From an uncultured Chitinophagaceae bacterium (GTDB lineage: Bacteria > Bacteroidota > Bacteroidia > NS11-12g > UBA9320), in assembly GCA_964613385.1 (NCBI GenBank), contig CAZTGZ010000006.1:37778-101777 (forward strand): a stretch of DNA of 64,000 nucleotides, in the 5' to 3' direction. Made by a program: the position numbers and the translations under genes. This document shows, piece by piece, positions 40,301-49,538 of the stretch. How positions within the stretch are numbered: position 1 is the stretch's first letter; every line of letters starts with the position of its first letter. Below the pieces are notes generated by a model that saw nothing but the letters and a program-made list of their open reading frames with translations, made no database searches and was not told the DNA's origin.

Positions 40301-40930
40301 TGCGAGAAGGAGATGTTGGGTATGTATTTAAGTGGTCATCCTTTGGATGATTATAAGCTGAGTATTAGGCACTTTTGCTCTCATAGCCTGAATGAAATTA
40401 AATCATCCGGGCTTAAATTGATGGATAAAGACGTGAAAATCGCGGGAATTGTTACCAAGTGTCAGGACAGGCGAAGCAAAGACGACAAACCATTTGGGAT
40501 TTATACCATAGAAGATTATGAAGGATCTATGGAAATTGCATTGTTCAGCGATGATTATGCCAAATTCAAAGGTTATTTGGGCGTCGGGAATATGGTGTTC
40601 ATACAGGCAAAAATGGAAAAGGATTTTCGAAACCCGGAACAGGCCAAGCTGCGCATTGGAAACATGCACTTTTTACCGGATGTTGAAGAAAAATTGCTGA
40701 AACAGATTAGTATACCAATTTCTCTCGAACTCATCAATGAAGAATTTATACAATCCATAAAATTGAGAACCCGGGAAATTAAAAACGGAGTACCGGTTTA
40801 TTTTGAAATTGTCGATGCTGAAGAATCCATAAGGGTGAGGCTGAGATCAGCAGGAATTAAAGGGAATCTGAGCTCAGAATTTATACATCATATCAAAAAC
40901 ATGGGATTGAGTTATGCAGTGAACGCATAA
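37385..40930 (+). CDS. dnaE: DNA polymerase III alpha subunit
   Basis: MTEFVHLHCHTQFSLLDGAS, the PHP-domain start conserved with E. coli DnaE, then polymerase core, OB and C-terminal domains. The TTG at 37370 in the ORF track is a less likely start. About 1181 aa with no intein. Confidence 0.95.
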   Translation: MTEFVHLHCHTQFSLLDGASSIPGMMKKAKEHGMKAVALTDHGNMFGAFQFTLEAGKNGIKPIIGCEFYVVEDRHKKSFGGGEKDKRFHQLLLAKNKTGYENLSRLCSLGFIEGLYGKFPRVDRELIKKYSEGIIATTCCIGAEVPQAILHQGEEAAEKIFLEWREIFGENYFIELQRHGLTNIDHTGMSQEDVNQILLKWSKKYNVPVIATNDSHYVDQPDNIAHDILLCINTGDFVNTPIGDGKGYRFGFPNSEFFFKTPEEMAKLFADVPSALENTVMIADMIEAPDLKRNILLPNYQIPPEFKNQEEYLQFLCFEGARIRYGGISEEVRERIDFELSVIFKFHYEGYFLIVQDFTSAARKMGVRVGPGRGSAAGSVVAYCLGITNVDPMKYGLLFERFLNPDRVSMPDIDIDFDDIGRSKVLDYVVDKYGKRQVAQIITYGSMAAKSSIRDVGRVLNIPLEEVDKISKMVPDISLKDIFDTPMEKLKQDVRSEWVDQVVQLRKLAEGKNETAKMLMHARKLEGSVRNTGVHACGVIITPQDITDLVPVAVARDSDLLVTQFDNDVVEKAGLLKMDFLGLRTLSIINDCIKRIEERHGILIDPDLIELNDQETYKLFQDGRTVGIFQFESEGMQKHLKDLKPNRFEDLIAMNALYRPGPLAYIPKFIQRKHGKEDITYDVPDMEEFLSETYGITVYQEQVMRLSQKLAGFTKAQADQLRKAMGKKDRALLDQLKETFQQGASERGHDAKVMEKVWTDWEAFAQYAFNKSHSTCYSVVAFQTAWFKTHYPAEYMSAVLTNNMSDIKKIGFFIDECKAMGLTVSGPDINESKLPFSVNKLGHIRFGLAAVKGVGEGAAEEIIREREAGGEYASIFDLTSRVNLRVVNKKSLEALAQAGSFDGFTDTHRTQYILKDGEDQSNGVELAIKYGSNVQSNQMASQGSLFGASQGASLTPPQLPKVEPANRMYLLNCEKEMLGMYLSGHPLDDYKLSIRHFCSHSLNEIKSSGLKLMDKDVKIAGIVTKCQDRRSKDDKPFGIYTIEDYEGSMEIALFSDDYAKFKGYLGVGNMVFIQAKMEKDFRNPEQAKLRIGNMHFLPDVEEKLLKQISIPISLELINEEFIQSIKLRTREIKNGVPVYFEIVDAEESIRVRLRSAGIKGNLSSEFIHHIKNMGLSYAVNA

Positions 40931-40960
40931 ATATCAAATGGCTATCATATTTTTTGAGAA

Positions 40961-40977
40961 TTGTCATTTTTTTATGA
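40961..40977 (+). promoter_or_regulatory. conserved 17-nt upstream element TTGTCATTTTTTTATGA (copy B)
   Basis: Identical to 18923-18939. Ends 37 nt before the uspA ATG at 41014. Followed by AATTGAT and TAATTTCG. Confidence 0.4.
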
Positions 40978-41013
40978 TAATTGATTAATTTCGAAAAAAG
41001 TCAAAACAGCGAG

Positions 41014-41829
41014 ATGAATATTAATTTTAAGAAGATTTTGGTCGGATTCGACAATTCAGCTTCAGCCAAAGTTGCTATTGAGAAGGCTATGGACACAGCA
41101 ACGCTATTCGAGTCAGATGTTACCGCCGTTTATGTGACTAAAGATAACAATGATCCTGAAATTGAAGTAAACCGACAATATGTTCTGGAACTGGGAGAAA
41201 GAAGAAATCGTTCGGTAGAATTTATTGTGAAGTCAGGTAGGGCGTACAAGGAAATAAATACCCTTGAACGAGAAATTGGGGCAGATTTGATTTTTTTAGG
41301 AACACACGGCAAACAAGGCTGGCAACCATTTTGGATTGGAAGCAATGCTTTCAGAATTGTGAGTGCTTCTAATTGTCCGGTTATTACTATACACGAAACC
41401 ACCAAGAAACAGGACATTCAAGATATTTTAGTGCCATTGGCAGATAGCACTGAAACGAGACAAAAAGTACCTTATGCTGCAATGCTGGCAAAAGCCTTCA
41501 ATGCCAACATTCACATCTTGAAAGTGAGTAAGGATAAAGATAAGGAGACTCAAAACAGGTTAAACATCTATGCTCGTCAAACAGAGAAGAATCTTGCCGA
41601 AAGAGGAATTCGTTGGACCTTGCATGAAAGCCTGGGTGTAAAGGTTCCGGAAGCCTGTATAAATTATGGGAAGGAAGTAAGAGCGGGATTGATTTTAATT
41701 ATGACAGAAACCGAATCATCCGGTGTTTTTATGAGCTCTTATGCGCAACAGTTGATTAATGAGAGCCCCATTCCCATTATGTCCATCCATTCCCGAGACT
41801 TGTTTGTTTCCGGAGAAGTAGGTTATTGA
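41014..41829 (+). CDS. uspA: universal stress protein (tandem UspA domains)
   Basis: MNINFKKILVGFDNSASAKVA is the typical Usp N-terminus, so the start was moved from the TTG at 40981 to the ATG at 41014. Two Usp-like halves. Confidence 0.75.
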   Translation: MNINFKKILVGFDNSASAKVAIEKAMDTATLFESDVTAVYVTKDNNDPEIEVNRQYVLELGERRNRSVEFIVKSGRAYKEINTLEREIGADLIFLGTHGKQGWQPFWIGSNAFRIVSASNCPVITIHETTKKQDIQDILVPLADSTETRQKVPYAAMLAKAFNANIHILKVSKDKDKETQNRLNIYARQTEKNLAERGIRWTLHESLGVKVPEACINYGKEVRAGLILIMTETESSGVFMSSYAQQLINESPIPIMSIHSRDLFVSGEVGY

Positions 41830-42629
41830 TTCATTTTTCTGATAATCTGAGATGCCATGGGTTGGGCCTGTGGCATAATCACCATTTCATTGATGTTTAC
41901 ACGGTGCGGTAGCTGTATGCAATACAGGATGGCTTGCGCAATGTCTTCGGGTGTCAAATAATCAAATCCTTCATACACTTTTTCCGCTCTTTCTTCATCC
42001 CCATGAAATCGGACCAGGCTAAATTCGGTTTTAACTGCTCCCGGATGTATGGCCGTAACCTTTAGGCCAAAACCGGCATTTTCCAACCTCATTGCTTTGG
42101 TCAATGCATCCACCATATGCTTGGTTCCGCAATAAACGTTACCCTTATCATATACTTCTTTGCCGGCAATAGAACCGATGTTCACAATATGGCCACTGCC
42201 TCTTTGCTGCATTTTAGGAATCAATACTCTGGAGACATACAATAAGCCTTTGATATTGGTATCTATCATCTTTTCCCAGTCATCAACATTGCCCTCACTC
42301 AGAGAAGAAAGTCCGGATGCCAATCCGGCATTATTTATCAGGATGTCAGGCACAATCGGGTAACTATCAAGCGCTTGCTGAACTTGAGCTCTTTGACGAA
42401 TGTCAAAATTCAATACATCGACGGTCACTTGGAATTGTGTTTCCAACTGAGACTTAATTTCCATTAATCGATCATTCCGGCGTCCGGTAATGGTCAAATC
42501 GTATCCATTTTCAGCCAAAAGATATGCAGTAGAACGTCCTATTCCGGATGTAGCCCCGGTGATTAAAGCATGCGGTTTGTGTAATGTCATTTTAGCGATA
42601 TTCAACTCATTAGAAGAAGATTCATACAA
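41823..42629 (-). CDS. short-chain dehydrogenase/reductase (SDR) family oxidoreductase
   Basis: TGATSGIGRSTA cofactor motif, NNAG, and YCGTKH (YxxxK) catalytic motif. Confidence 0.85.
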   Translation of the reverse strand: MYESSSNELNIAKMTLHKPHALITGATSGIGRSTAYLLAENGYDLTITGRRNDRLMEIKSQLETQFQVTVDVLNFDIRQRAQVQQALDSYPIVPDILINNAGLASGLSSLSEGNVDDWEKMIDTNIKGLLYVSRVLIPKMQQRGSGHIVNIGSIAGKEVYDKGNVYCGTKHMVDALTKAMRLENAGFGLKVTAIHPGAVKTEFSLVRFHGDEERAEKVYEGFDYLTPEDIAQAILYCIQLPHRVNINEMVIMPQAQPMASQIIRKMNQ

Positions 42630-42661
42630 AATTATTTATTAATTTGTGCAGGTAATCATAT

Positions 42662-42991
42662 ATGTCAGTTCAAGTTCAACACGAAGAAAATTTTCTACAT
42701 CTGATTTATGAAAAGTATACTTCTGCCGATGATGATATATCTCTTCATGCCGCAGAGGACGAATCATGGGTAATACTTGAATCAACTGATGGAAGTTTGA
42801 ATGGTGATGGATTGGATTTGGTAACCGAATTGGCTGATAAATGCAAGGAACGCGGCGGCTTACTCATTTTGACCGGTGATTTTCCTGATTTAATTAAGGA
42901 TATTGAAAATATTACCTGGATATCATCTTTTGATGAAGCCGTTGATTATGTTTTTATTGAACAACTTGAACGTGAACTGGGGGATGAATGA
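42662..42991 (+). CDS. hypothetical small acidic protein
   Basis: 109 aa, Asp/Glu-rich, no recognised domain. Its stop overlaps the rnz start (ATGA). Confidence 0.45.
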   Translation: MSVQVQHEENFLHLIYEKYTSADDDISLHAAEDESWVILESTDGSLNGDGLDLVTELADKCKERGGLLILTGDFPDLIKDIENITWISSFDEAVDYVFIEQLERELGDE

Positions 42992-43905
42992 TGGAGGATT
43001 TTACCGTCACAGTTTTAGGGTCCAGTTCAGCTACTCCCACAGCTAATCGTCATCATTCTTCTTATATTCTTCGATTTGCCGGCCACAAATTAATGCTGGA
43101 TTGTGGCGAAGGCACACAGAACCGATGCCTGGAATATCAAATTAATTTTCAACGGATTGAATATATTTTTATAACCCACCTACATGGAGATCATTTTCTG
43201 GGATTGCTCGGATTAATTAATACCATGAACCTATATTCCAGAAAACAGAAACTTACTGTTTACGGAATGATCGGGTTAAAGGAAATTGTTGACTTGCATG
43301 CTAAAATCAGCGGATTGAACCTTCGATTTGAGCTTGAAATTGTGGAATTGGAAGCGAAAATTCAACAATTTCAGTTGAATGAAAGGATAAAAATAACTGT
43401 GATACCTTTAGATCACCGGATTCCTTGTGTTGGATTCAAATTCGAGGAAACCGGAATCCGCCCTAAATTAAAGCCGGAAGTCTGTCAAAAATACGAGGTT
43501 CCCATTGAATGGTACGAGAAACTTAAGACAGGAGAAAATTATATACATCCTGAATTGGGATTAATTGCGAATGCTGAATTTGTCCATCCTAAAAGGGAAC
43601 CACTGATTTATGTGCATTTGTCTGACACCAAACCCTTAAATTCATTGACAGAATGGATAGCTGAAGCAGATTTGCTATATCACGAGGCTACATTCTTATC
43701 CAACCTGGAAGATCGCGCCCAAATAACATTTCACAGCACTGCCTTGCAAGCTGCAGAAATAGCCCGGGATTCAAAGGTCAAGAAACTGATCATTGGACAT
43801 TTCTCTTCAAGATATGCCAGTCTGGAACAACATTTAACAGAAGCAAAATCAGTGTTTCCTGAAACTGAACTTGCTCTGGAAGGAAAAACTTTTTCTATTC
43901 ACTGA
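42988..43905 (+). CDS. rnz: ribonuclease Z (tRNA 3' endonuclease)
   Basis: 305 aa. Metallo-beta-lactamase HxHxDH motif (ITHLHGDHFLGL) and exosite-like insertion. Length typical of short RNase Z. Confidence 0.85.
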   Translation: MMEDFTVTVLGSSSATPTANRHHSSYILRFAGHKLMLDCGEGTQNRCLEYQINFQRIEYIFITHLHGDHFLGLLGLINTMNLYSRKQKLTVYGMIGLKEIVDLHAKISGLNLRFELEIVELEAKIQQFQLNERIKITVIPLDHRIPCVGFKFEETGIRPKLKPEVCQKYEVPIEWYEKLKTGENYIHPELGLIANAEFVHPKREPLIYVHLSDTKPLNSLTEWIAEADLLYHEATFLSNLEDRAQITFHSTALQAAEIARDSKVKKLIIGHFSSRYASLEQHLTEAKSVFPETELALEGKTFSIH

Positions 43906-43991
43906 ATTATCAACACCCTTTTTGGCAAAACCTCTGCCGGGTAAATCGCCATGTCCATGGTTTTTAATCGATTTTTGAGGGTAATTCTATT

Positions 43992-46433
43992 ATGGCGAAT
44001 AAGAAAAGGAGCGAAAATCAAGACAACAATACCCTTCGGGATTCGGGAACAGCACCCAGGCCATCGAAAGAGAAGGTTGGATTTCGTCCTTTGAAGTGGC
44101 TTAGAGACGAGAGGATACACCGAATTTTCGGCGGTATCATGATCCTTTTTGGCGTGTTTATGCTGCTCTCCTTTCTATCGTATTTGTTTACGTGGAAAAC
44201 AGACCAGAGTCAAATCGATAATCTGGGTTTTCAGGACTATATGTTTCCCAAGGAAGATACAGAAAATTGGATGCGGCTTTTGGGTGCCAGATTGGCGCAT
44301 ATTTTTATGTACAATGGTTTTGGGCTGGCAGCATTCCCAATCCCTGTTCTCATTGGATTAATTGGACTTAGAGCATATACCGGGTTCGATAAATTTAATT
44401 TGTTCACCTGGTTCAGATATTCAGCACTGGGTATGATATGGGTGGTAATATTATTGGGTCTGCTCTTGAATCAGACGAATCCGGCTCTCGCAGGTGCTGT
44501 CGGAGTTGGAATGTTTCAATGGTTAAAAAGCCTGGTCGGCACAATTGGGGTTGTTATTACGGAAATAGCCCTGTTGTTCGCTTTCACTACCTGGGAGTTT
44601 GGTCGTTACCCATTTCAAAACTATTTGAATAAACGCAAAGCCCAAATTGAACAGGAAGATGAAGAAGAGTTCAGGGAAAGAGAGAGTATCTTTAATCGCG
44701 ACAACATAGACCTGGAAAACAACGACATTTCTGAGTCCGTAATTTTAGATGAGGCAAAAGAAGAAGAAGGGGATTTAGACGGTATAGAATTAATAACTCA
44801 GGTGCCAGAAGCGACTCATGAAGTAAAAACTGAGACTGAACCGGAGTTTGTCATAGAAGAAATAGATCAGGAAGAAGAAGTTGAAACCAATGCCAATCTT
44901 AACCCACCTGCGCATTTTGGTATTGATACTGAATTTGACCCCAGACTGGATTTATCTCAATACAAATTTCCGGAATTACAATTCCTCCAGGACTACGGCG
45001 ACCGAAAAACAGAAGTATCAAAAGATGAACTTGAGAAGAGTAAAAACCTCATCGTTGATACTTTAAAAAACTATAAGATTGAGATTTCTCAAATCAAGGC
45101 GACCATAGGTCCTACCGTAACCTTATTTGAAATTGTCCCGGCTCCGGGTATAAAAATCAGCAAGATTAAAAATCTAGAAGATGATATTGCTTTGAGTTTA
45201 GCGGCTTTGGGAATAAGAATTATTGCGCCCATTCCAGGGAAAGGAACCATTGGTATTGAAGTTCCCAACCGTTTTCCGGAAGTGGTTTCGATGCGCTCCG
45301 TTTTGGCCAGTCCAAAATTTCAGGAAACAACGGCAGATTTGCCGGTTTGCCTGGGTAAGACAATTTCAAACGAAGTTTACGTTGCCGATTTGGCAAAAAT
45401 GCCCCATTTGTTAATGGCAGGTGCAACCGGGCAAGGAAAATCAGTCGGACTGAATGCTATGCTGGTGAGTCTGATGTACAAAAAGCATCCTGCTGAACTC
45501 AAATTTGTATTGGTCGACCCCAAAAAGGTTGAATTGACACTTTACAATACCATAGAACGACATTTTCTGGCTAAACTTCCGGGGGATGATACCGAAGCTA
45601 TCATTACCGATAACAAAAAGGTAATCAATACATTGAATTCTCTCTGTATAGAAATGGATAACCGATATGAATTGTTGCAAATGGCAATGGTCAGGAATCT
45701 AAAGGAATACAATGCCAAATTCATTCGTCGAAAGCTAAACCCCAATGATGGTCACAGATTCCTTCCCTACATCGTGGTAGTCATAGATGAGGTTGCCGAT
45801 CTGATTATGACGGCAGGCAAAGAAGTGGAACACCCCATCGGGAGATTGGCACAATTGGCCAGGGCAATCGGAATTCACCTGGTTTTAGCCACCCAGCGTC
45901 CTTCCGTAAACATCATTACCGGAACCATTAAAGCAAACTTTCCTGCCAGAGTGGCATTCAGGGTAACATCAAAGATTGATTCCAGAACCATATTAGATGC
46001 GAATGGAGCTGATCAGCTAATTGGTAAGGGCGACTTGTTATTTTCGAATGGAAATGACCTTATACGTTTGCAATGTCCATTTGTTGATACGCCGGAAGTG
46101 GAGACCATAACGGAATTCATTGGTTCACAACGAGGTTATCCAACGGCATATATCCTTCCTGAAGTAGAAGAAGAGGGTGGTGGCTCACTGACAGAATTTG
46201 ATCCGGAAGAAAGAGATGCCCTCTTCGAAGAAGCGGCCCGCATTGTAGTTCAACATCAACAAGGTTCAACCTCCCTGATACAACGAAAACTGAAAGTAGG
46301 ATATAATCGTGCCGGACGTTTGATAGATCAGTTGGAACAAGCTAATATTGTAGGTCCATTTGAAGGAAGTAAAGCCAGATCGGTCCTTTATCCGGATGAG
46401 TATAGTTTGGAACAATATTTGAACTCGTTGTAA
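43992..46433 (+). CDS. ftsK: DNA translocase FtsK
   Basis: N-terminal TM segments, acidic linker, motor domain with Walker A GATGQGKS and Walker B VVVIDE, and a C-terminal gamma winged-helix (GYNRAGRLIDQLE). Confidence 0.9.
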   Translation: MANKKRSENQDNNTLRDSGTAPRPSKEKVGFRPLKWLRDERIHRIFGGIMILFGVFMLLSFLSYLFTWKTDQSQIDNLGFQDYMFPKEDTENWMRLLGARLAHIFMYNGFGLAAFPIPVLIGLIGLRAYTGFDKFNLFTWFRYSALGMIWVVILLGLLLNQTNPALAGAVGVGMFQWLKSLVGTIGVVITEIALLFAFTTWEFGRYPFQNYLNKRKAQIEQEDEEEFRERESIFNRDNIDLENNDISESVILDEAKEEEGDLDGIELITQVPEATHEVKTETEPEFVIEEIDQEEEVETNANLNPPAHFGIDTEFDPRLDLSQYKFPELQFLQDYGDRKTEVSKDELEKSKNLIVDTLKNYKIEISQIKATIGPTVTLFEIVPAPGIKISKIKNLEDDIALSLAALGIRIIAPIPGKGTIGIEVPNRFPEVVSMRSVLASPKFQETTADLPVCLGKTISNEVYVADLAKMPHLLMAGATGQGKSVGLNAMLVSLMYKKHPAELKFVLVDPKKVELTLYNTIERHFLAKLPGDDTEAIITDNKKVINTLNSLCIEMDNRYELLQMAMVRNLKEYNAKFIRRKLNPNDGHRFLPYIVVVIDEVADLIMTAGKEVEHPIGRLAQLARAIGIHLVLATQRPSVNIITGTIKANFPARVAFRVTSKIDSRTILDANGADQLIGKGDLLFSNGNDLIRLQCPFVDTPEVETITEFIGSQRGYPTAYILPEVEEEGGGSLTEFDPEERDALFEEAARIVVQHQQGSTSLIQRKLKVGYNRAGRLIDQLEQANIVGPFEGSKARSVLYPDEYSLEQYLNSL

Positions 46434-46445
46434 AAAAAATCTTAG

Positions 46446-47099
46446 ATGAACATTTTCAGAATAACCCTTTTATCGCTTTGTACTGCATTTCTTTTGTCAT
46501 TTACGTTGCAAAAGGATGATCAGGCTGCCGTTAAAATATTAAATGATGTCAGTAAGACCTATAAAAATTACAAGACGATAAAGGCCAGTTTTAAAGTACA
46601 GATTAAGAGCAAACAAGACAATAGTAATATTTCTCAGAGCGGCACTTTGTATTCCAAAGGAAAGAAGTTCAAAATTGAAATGAGTGGCCAGGAAATTTAT
46701 TGTGATGGCAAAACACTTTGGACTTATTTATCAGATGCCAATGAAGTACAAATCACTAAGTATGATCCAGGTAAGGAAGATATAAGCCCTTCAAATATTT
46801 TTACTGTATATCAAAAGGGATTCATTTCAAAATTTGCGGGCGAAGAGAACGTAAAGGGCAAAACCATACAGCGTATAGAACTTACACCCAAAGACAAAAG
46901 CAAGCCATATTTTAAGGTGAAGCTTTCCGTAGAAAAACAAGGGCATAAGATTTCAGATATGACCGTATTGAACAAAAATGGTATGGAAAGTAAGTATGAA
47001 ATCATCTCTTTCAGCCCGAATCTGGCCATGAACGACGGCCTCTTTAAATTCGACGCCAGCAAAAAACCCGGTGTAGTTGTGGTTGATTTAACCAAATGA
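46446..47099 (+). CDS. lolA: LolA-like outer-membrane lipoprotein carrier protein
   Basis: Signal peptide; about 200-aa beta-barrel-type sequence. Conserved synteny immediately after ftsK. Confidence 0.6.
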   Translation: MNIFRITLLSLCTAFLLSFTLQKDDQAAVKILNDVSKTYKNYKTIKASFKVQIKSKQDNSNISQSGTLYSKGKKFKIEMSGQEIYCDGKTLWTYLSDANEVQITKYDPGKEDISPSNIFTVYQKGFISKFAGEENVKGKTIQRIELTPKDKSKPYFKVKLSVEKQGHKISDMTVLNKNGMESKYEIISFSPNLAMNDGLFKFDASKKPGVVVVDLTK

Positions 47100-47560
47100 G
47101 CAAATTCCCGATATGGGTGTTCATCGCACTTTTGCCCATAGGATGTAAAAGTTCTAAGGAAAACACGAATTCAAAAATTGTCCATTCAGTGAGTTTACAA
47201 AGAACTCCCTGCTATGGAACTTGTCCTCAATATACCATTGAACTAAATCGTGAAGGCCTAATCAGCTACTCAGGCCAACGATTTACTGACAAAATTGGGA
47301 AATGGGAATTAACAGTACCCGCGGATTCGCTGGTGGATTTATTCGCCTTTTTGGATCGCTGCGATTGGAGTCAATATGATTCCATATATCCTTCTCCTTA
47401 TTCAGATCTTCCTTCAGTTATCTTGAAGTTGAATTTAAATCAATATGTAAAATCCATTACCCTTGCAGGTGAGCATCCCGCACAATTGGACAGCATCGTT
47501 CAACACATAGATCGATGGTCTAATTTGCAGGGTTACAGGAATATTTCATCAGCGGATTAA
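47096..47560 (+). CDS. hypothetical lipoprotein (CYGTCPxY motif, DUF6438-like)
   Basis: Lipobox LPIGC. The CYGTCPQY motif is characteristic of a small Bacteroidota lipoprotein family. Overlaps lolA by 4 nt. Confidence 0.5.
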   Translation: MSKFPIWVFIALLPIGCKSSKENTNSKIVHSVSLQRTPCYGTCPQYTIELNREGLISYSGQRFTDKIGKWELTVPADSLVDLFAFLDRCDWSQYDSIYPSPYSDLPSVILKLNLNQYVKSITLAGEHPAQLDSIVQHIDRWSNLQGYRNISSAD

Positions 47561-49473
47561 GAAGCTTTAGACGTAACCAGCTTTTGATCCAGTTCTTCAA
47601 AAATTGAGTTGTTGCTCACATATTCCGGAACCAATTCTTTCATAAAAGCAACCAGTAAACGATTTTGGTTCAAGGTCTCCGGTTTTGTCATCAAATTTAT
47701 TTTATCATTCACTTCAAGGAAATTGTATTCCTGGACGCGGGCAATCATGATTTTCGGATGGTGAGTGCCAATGGTGGTTTCTTTCGAACTCAACAACTCT
47801 TCCTTAAGTTTTTCACCCGGTCTGAGCCCTGTAAATTTGATTTCAATGTCTTTATAAGGTTTTAAACCACTTAATCGAATCATTTTCTCGGCCAGATCCA
47901 CAATTTTCACAGGTTCACCCATATCAAAAATGTAAATCTCACCTCCATTACCCATGGATCCTGCTTCAAGAACCAGGCGACATGCTTCGGGAATGGTCAT
48001 GAAATATCGGTTAATTTCAGGATGCGTAACGGTTACAGGACCACCGGATTTAATTTGCTTTTTAAATCTTGGAATAACGCTTCCGTTTGAACCCAATACA
48101 TTGCCAAAACGGGTTGTAATGAACTTGGTATGTTTGCGATTGATTAACTCGAGTTTTGAATTCAGTGATTGAACATAAATCTCGCTGATTCTTTTGGAAG
48201 CCCCCATAATATTGGTTGGATTCACAGCTTTATCCGTTGAAACATAGATAAATTTCTCAGCCTCATAGCTAACCGCCAGATCTGCCACAATTCGCGTTCC
48301 TAAAACATTGGTTGTAATCGCTTCATACGGATTATCTTCCATTAAAGGAACATGCTTGTAGGCAGCGGCATGAAATACTATCTGAGGTCTGAATTTGTCA
48401 AATACTTTGGTAATCCTTTCAATATTGCGGATGTCGGCAATAATGGGGAGAATCAGGTTATTGTTGTTCAACTCTAAAACCAGATCATGCATAGGTGTTT
48501 CAGCCTGATCCAATATTAAAATTTGTTTCGGCTTAAACTTCAGACACTGACGAACAATTTCACTCCCGATGCTACCTGCGGCTCCCGTAATTAATATGAC
48601 CTTATTATTGAGAGATTTTCCGATGTTTTCGTTGTCCAGTTCAATCGGGTCTCTGCCTAATAATTCTTCAATGGCAACATTTTTAATCTGTTTGGAAGAC
48701 AATTTGCCATTAACCCAACTTTCAAGGGGAGGTACAGCTTTCAAATTTATATTGTATTCCAGCGCCTCCGCCAGAAGCTGACTTCTCTTAGAACCTATTA
48801 AATTGGTATCAGCGAGAATAAGTTCGTCGATTTTTACTTTTTGGGCGATGTTTTCCAATGAACTCAAATTGGAAAATATGGGAACTCCTTCTGCTGTTTT
48901 ACCCGTCAATTCGGGTCTTTTATCAATAAAAGCAACAACTTTCACTTTTTGAGCCGGATCGTTTTCAAGGGTTCTCTTCAATATAACTCCGGTATGGTCT
49001 GCACCATAAATTACCACATTTTTACGGTCCGTTGCTTTGCGGTTTCCCATTTCCTGGAACAACATTTTAACTCCTAATCGGGTCGAAATGATCATGATCA
49101 AGGAAAGACTCGAGTCCATAACGATCACGGACATTCTGATAAATACTTCCTTGGTATAGATAAAATATAAATAAGATGCTAACCAGATGCCTAAAGAGCT
49201 GATAATAAATGCGGTAATTATCCTTAAACCATCTTGCGTACTCGTAAACTTGATAATACCCGTGTAAGACCTGGTAAAAAGAAAGGATTGTAACCTGAAA
49301 ATAAGCACAACTAAAGTGGGATATAACAAATTCTCCAAGCCGGTTTCTGCCACACTGTTTTGAAGCGAATAGCTGAAAACAAAGGAAAAAAAGCAGAAAA
49401 GAAGATCCACCAATAAAATAAATCCCCTGGGGTAGTTTTTTTCGGTCAGGACATTGATGAAGCGGAACAACAT
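47557..49473 (-). CDS. polysaccharide biosynthesis protein, CapD/PglF/WbpM-like NDP-sugar 4,6-dehydratase
   Basis: Four N-terminal TM helices, then two Rossmann domains (VILITGAAGSIGSEIVRQ). 638 aa. Confidence 0.85.
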   Translation of the reverse strand: MLFRFINVLTEKNYPRGFILLVDLLFCFFSFVFSYSLQNSVAETGLENLLYPTLVVLIFRLQSFLFTRSYTGIIKFTSTQDGLRIITAFIISSLGIWLASYLYFIYTKEVFIRMSVIVMDSSLSLIMIISTRLGVKMLFQEMGNRKATDRKNVVIYGADHTGVILKRTLENDPAQKVKVVAFIDKRPELTGKTAEGVPIFSNLSSLENIAQKVKIDELILADTNLIGSKRSQLLAEALEYNINLKAVPPLESWVNGKLSSKQIKNVAIEELLGRDPIELDNENIGKSLNNKVILITGAAGSIGSEIVRQCLKFKPKQILILDQAETPMHDLVLELNNNNLILPIIADIRNIERITKVFDKFRPQIVFHAAAYKHVPLMEDNPYEAITTNVLGTRIVADLAVSYEAEKFIYVSTDKAVNPTNIMGASKRISEIYVQSLNSKLELINRKHTKFITTRFGNVLGSNGSVIPRFKKQIKSGGPVTVTHPEINRYFMTIPEACRLVLEAGSMGNGGEIYIFDMGEPVKIVDLAEKMIRLSGLKPYKDIEIKFTGLRPGEKLKEELLSSKETTIGTHHPKIMIARVQEYNFLEVNDKINLMTKPETLNQNRLLVAFMKELVPEYVSNNSIFEELDQKLVTSKAS

Positions 49474-49538
49474 AGTAGTAGTAATTAGTAGTAACTAGTA
49501 ACAAAATACGTACTAATTATTATAAATAGCAAAGAAAT

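Noticed and set aside
49067-49504. 145-aa ORF in an alternative frame overlapping the capD 5' region, and 5974..6060 N-terminal extension of the OMP-like ORF
   Set aside because: Same-strand out-of-frame overlap with a gene having clear TM helices and Rossmann motifs. The 5974 extension has no signal peptide, whereas the ATG at 6061 gives one.
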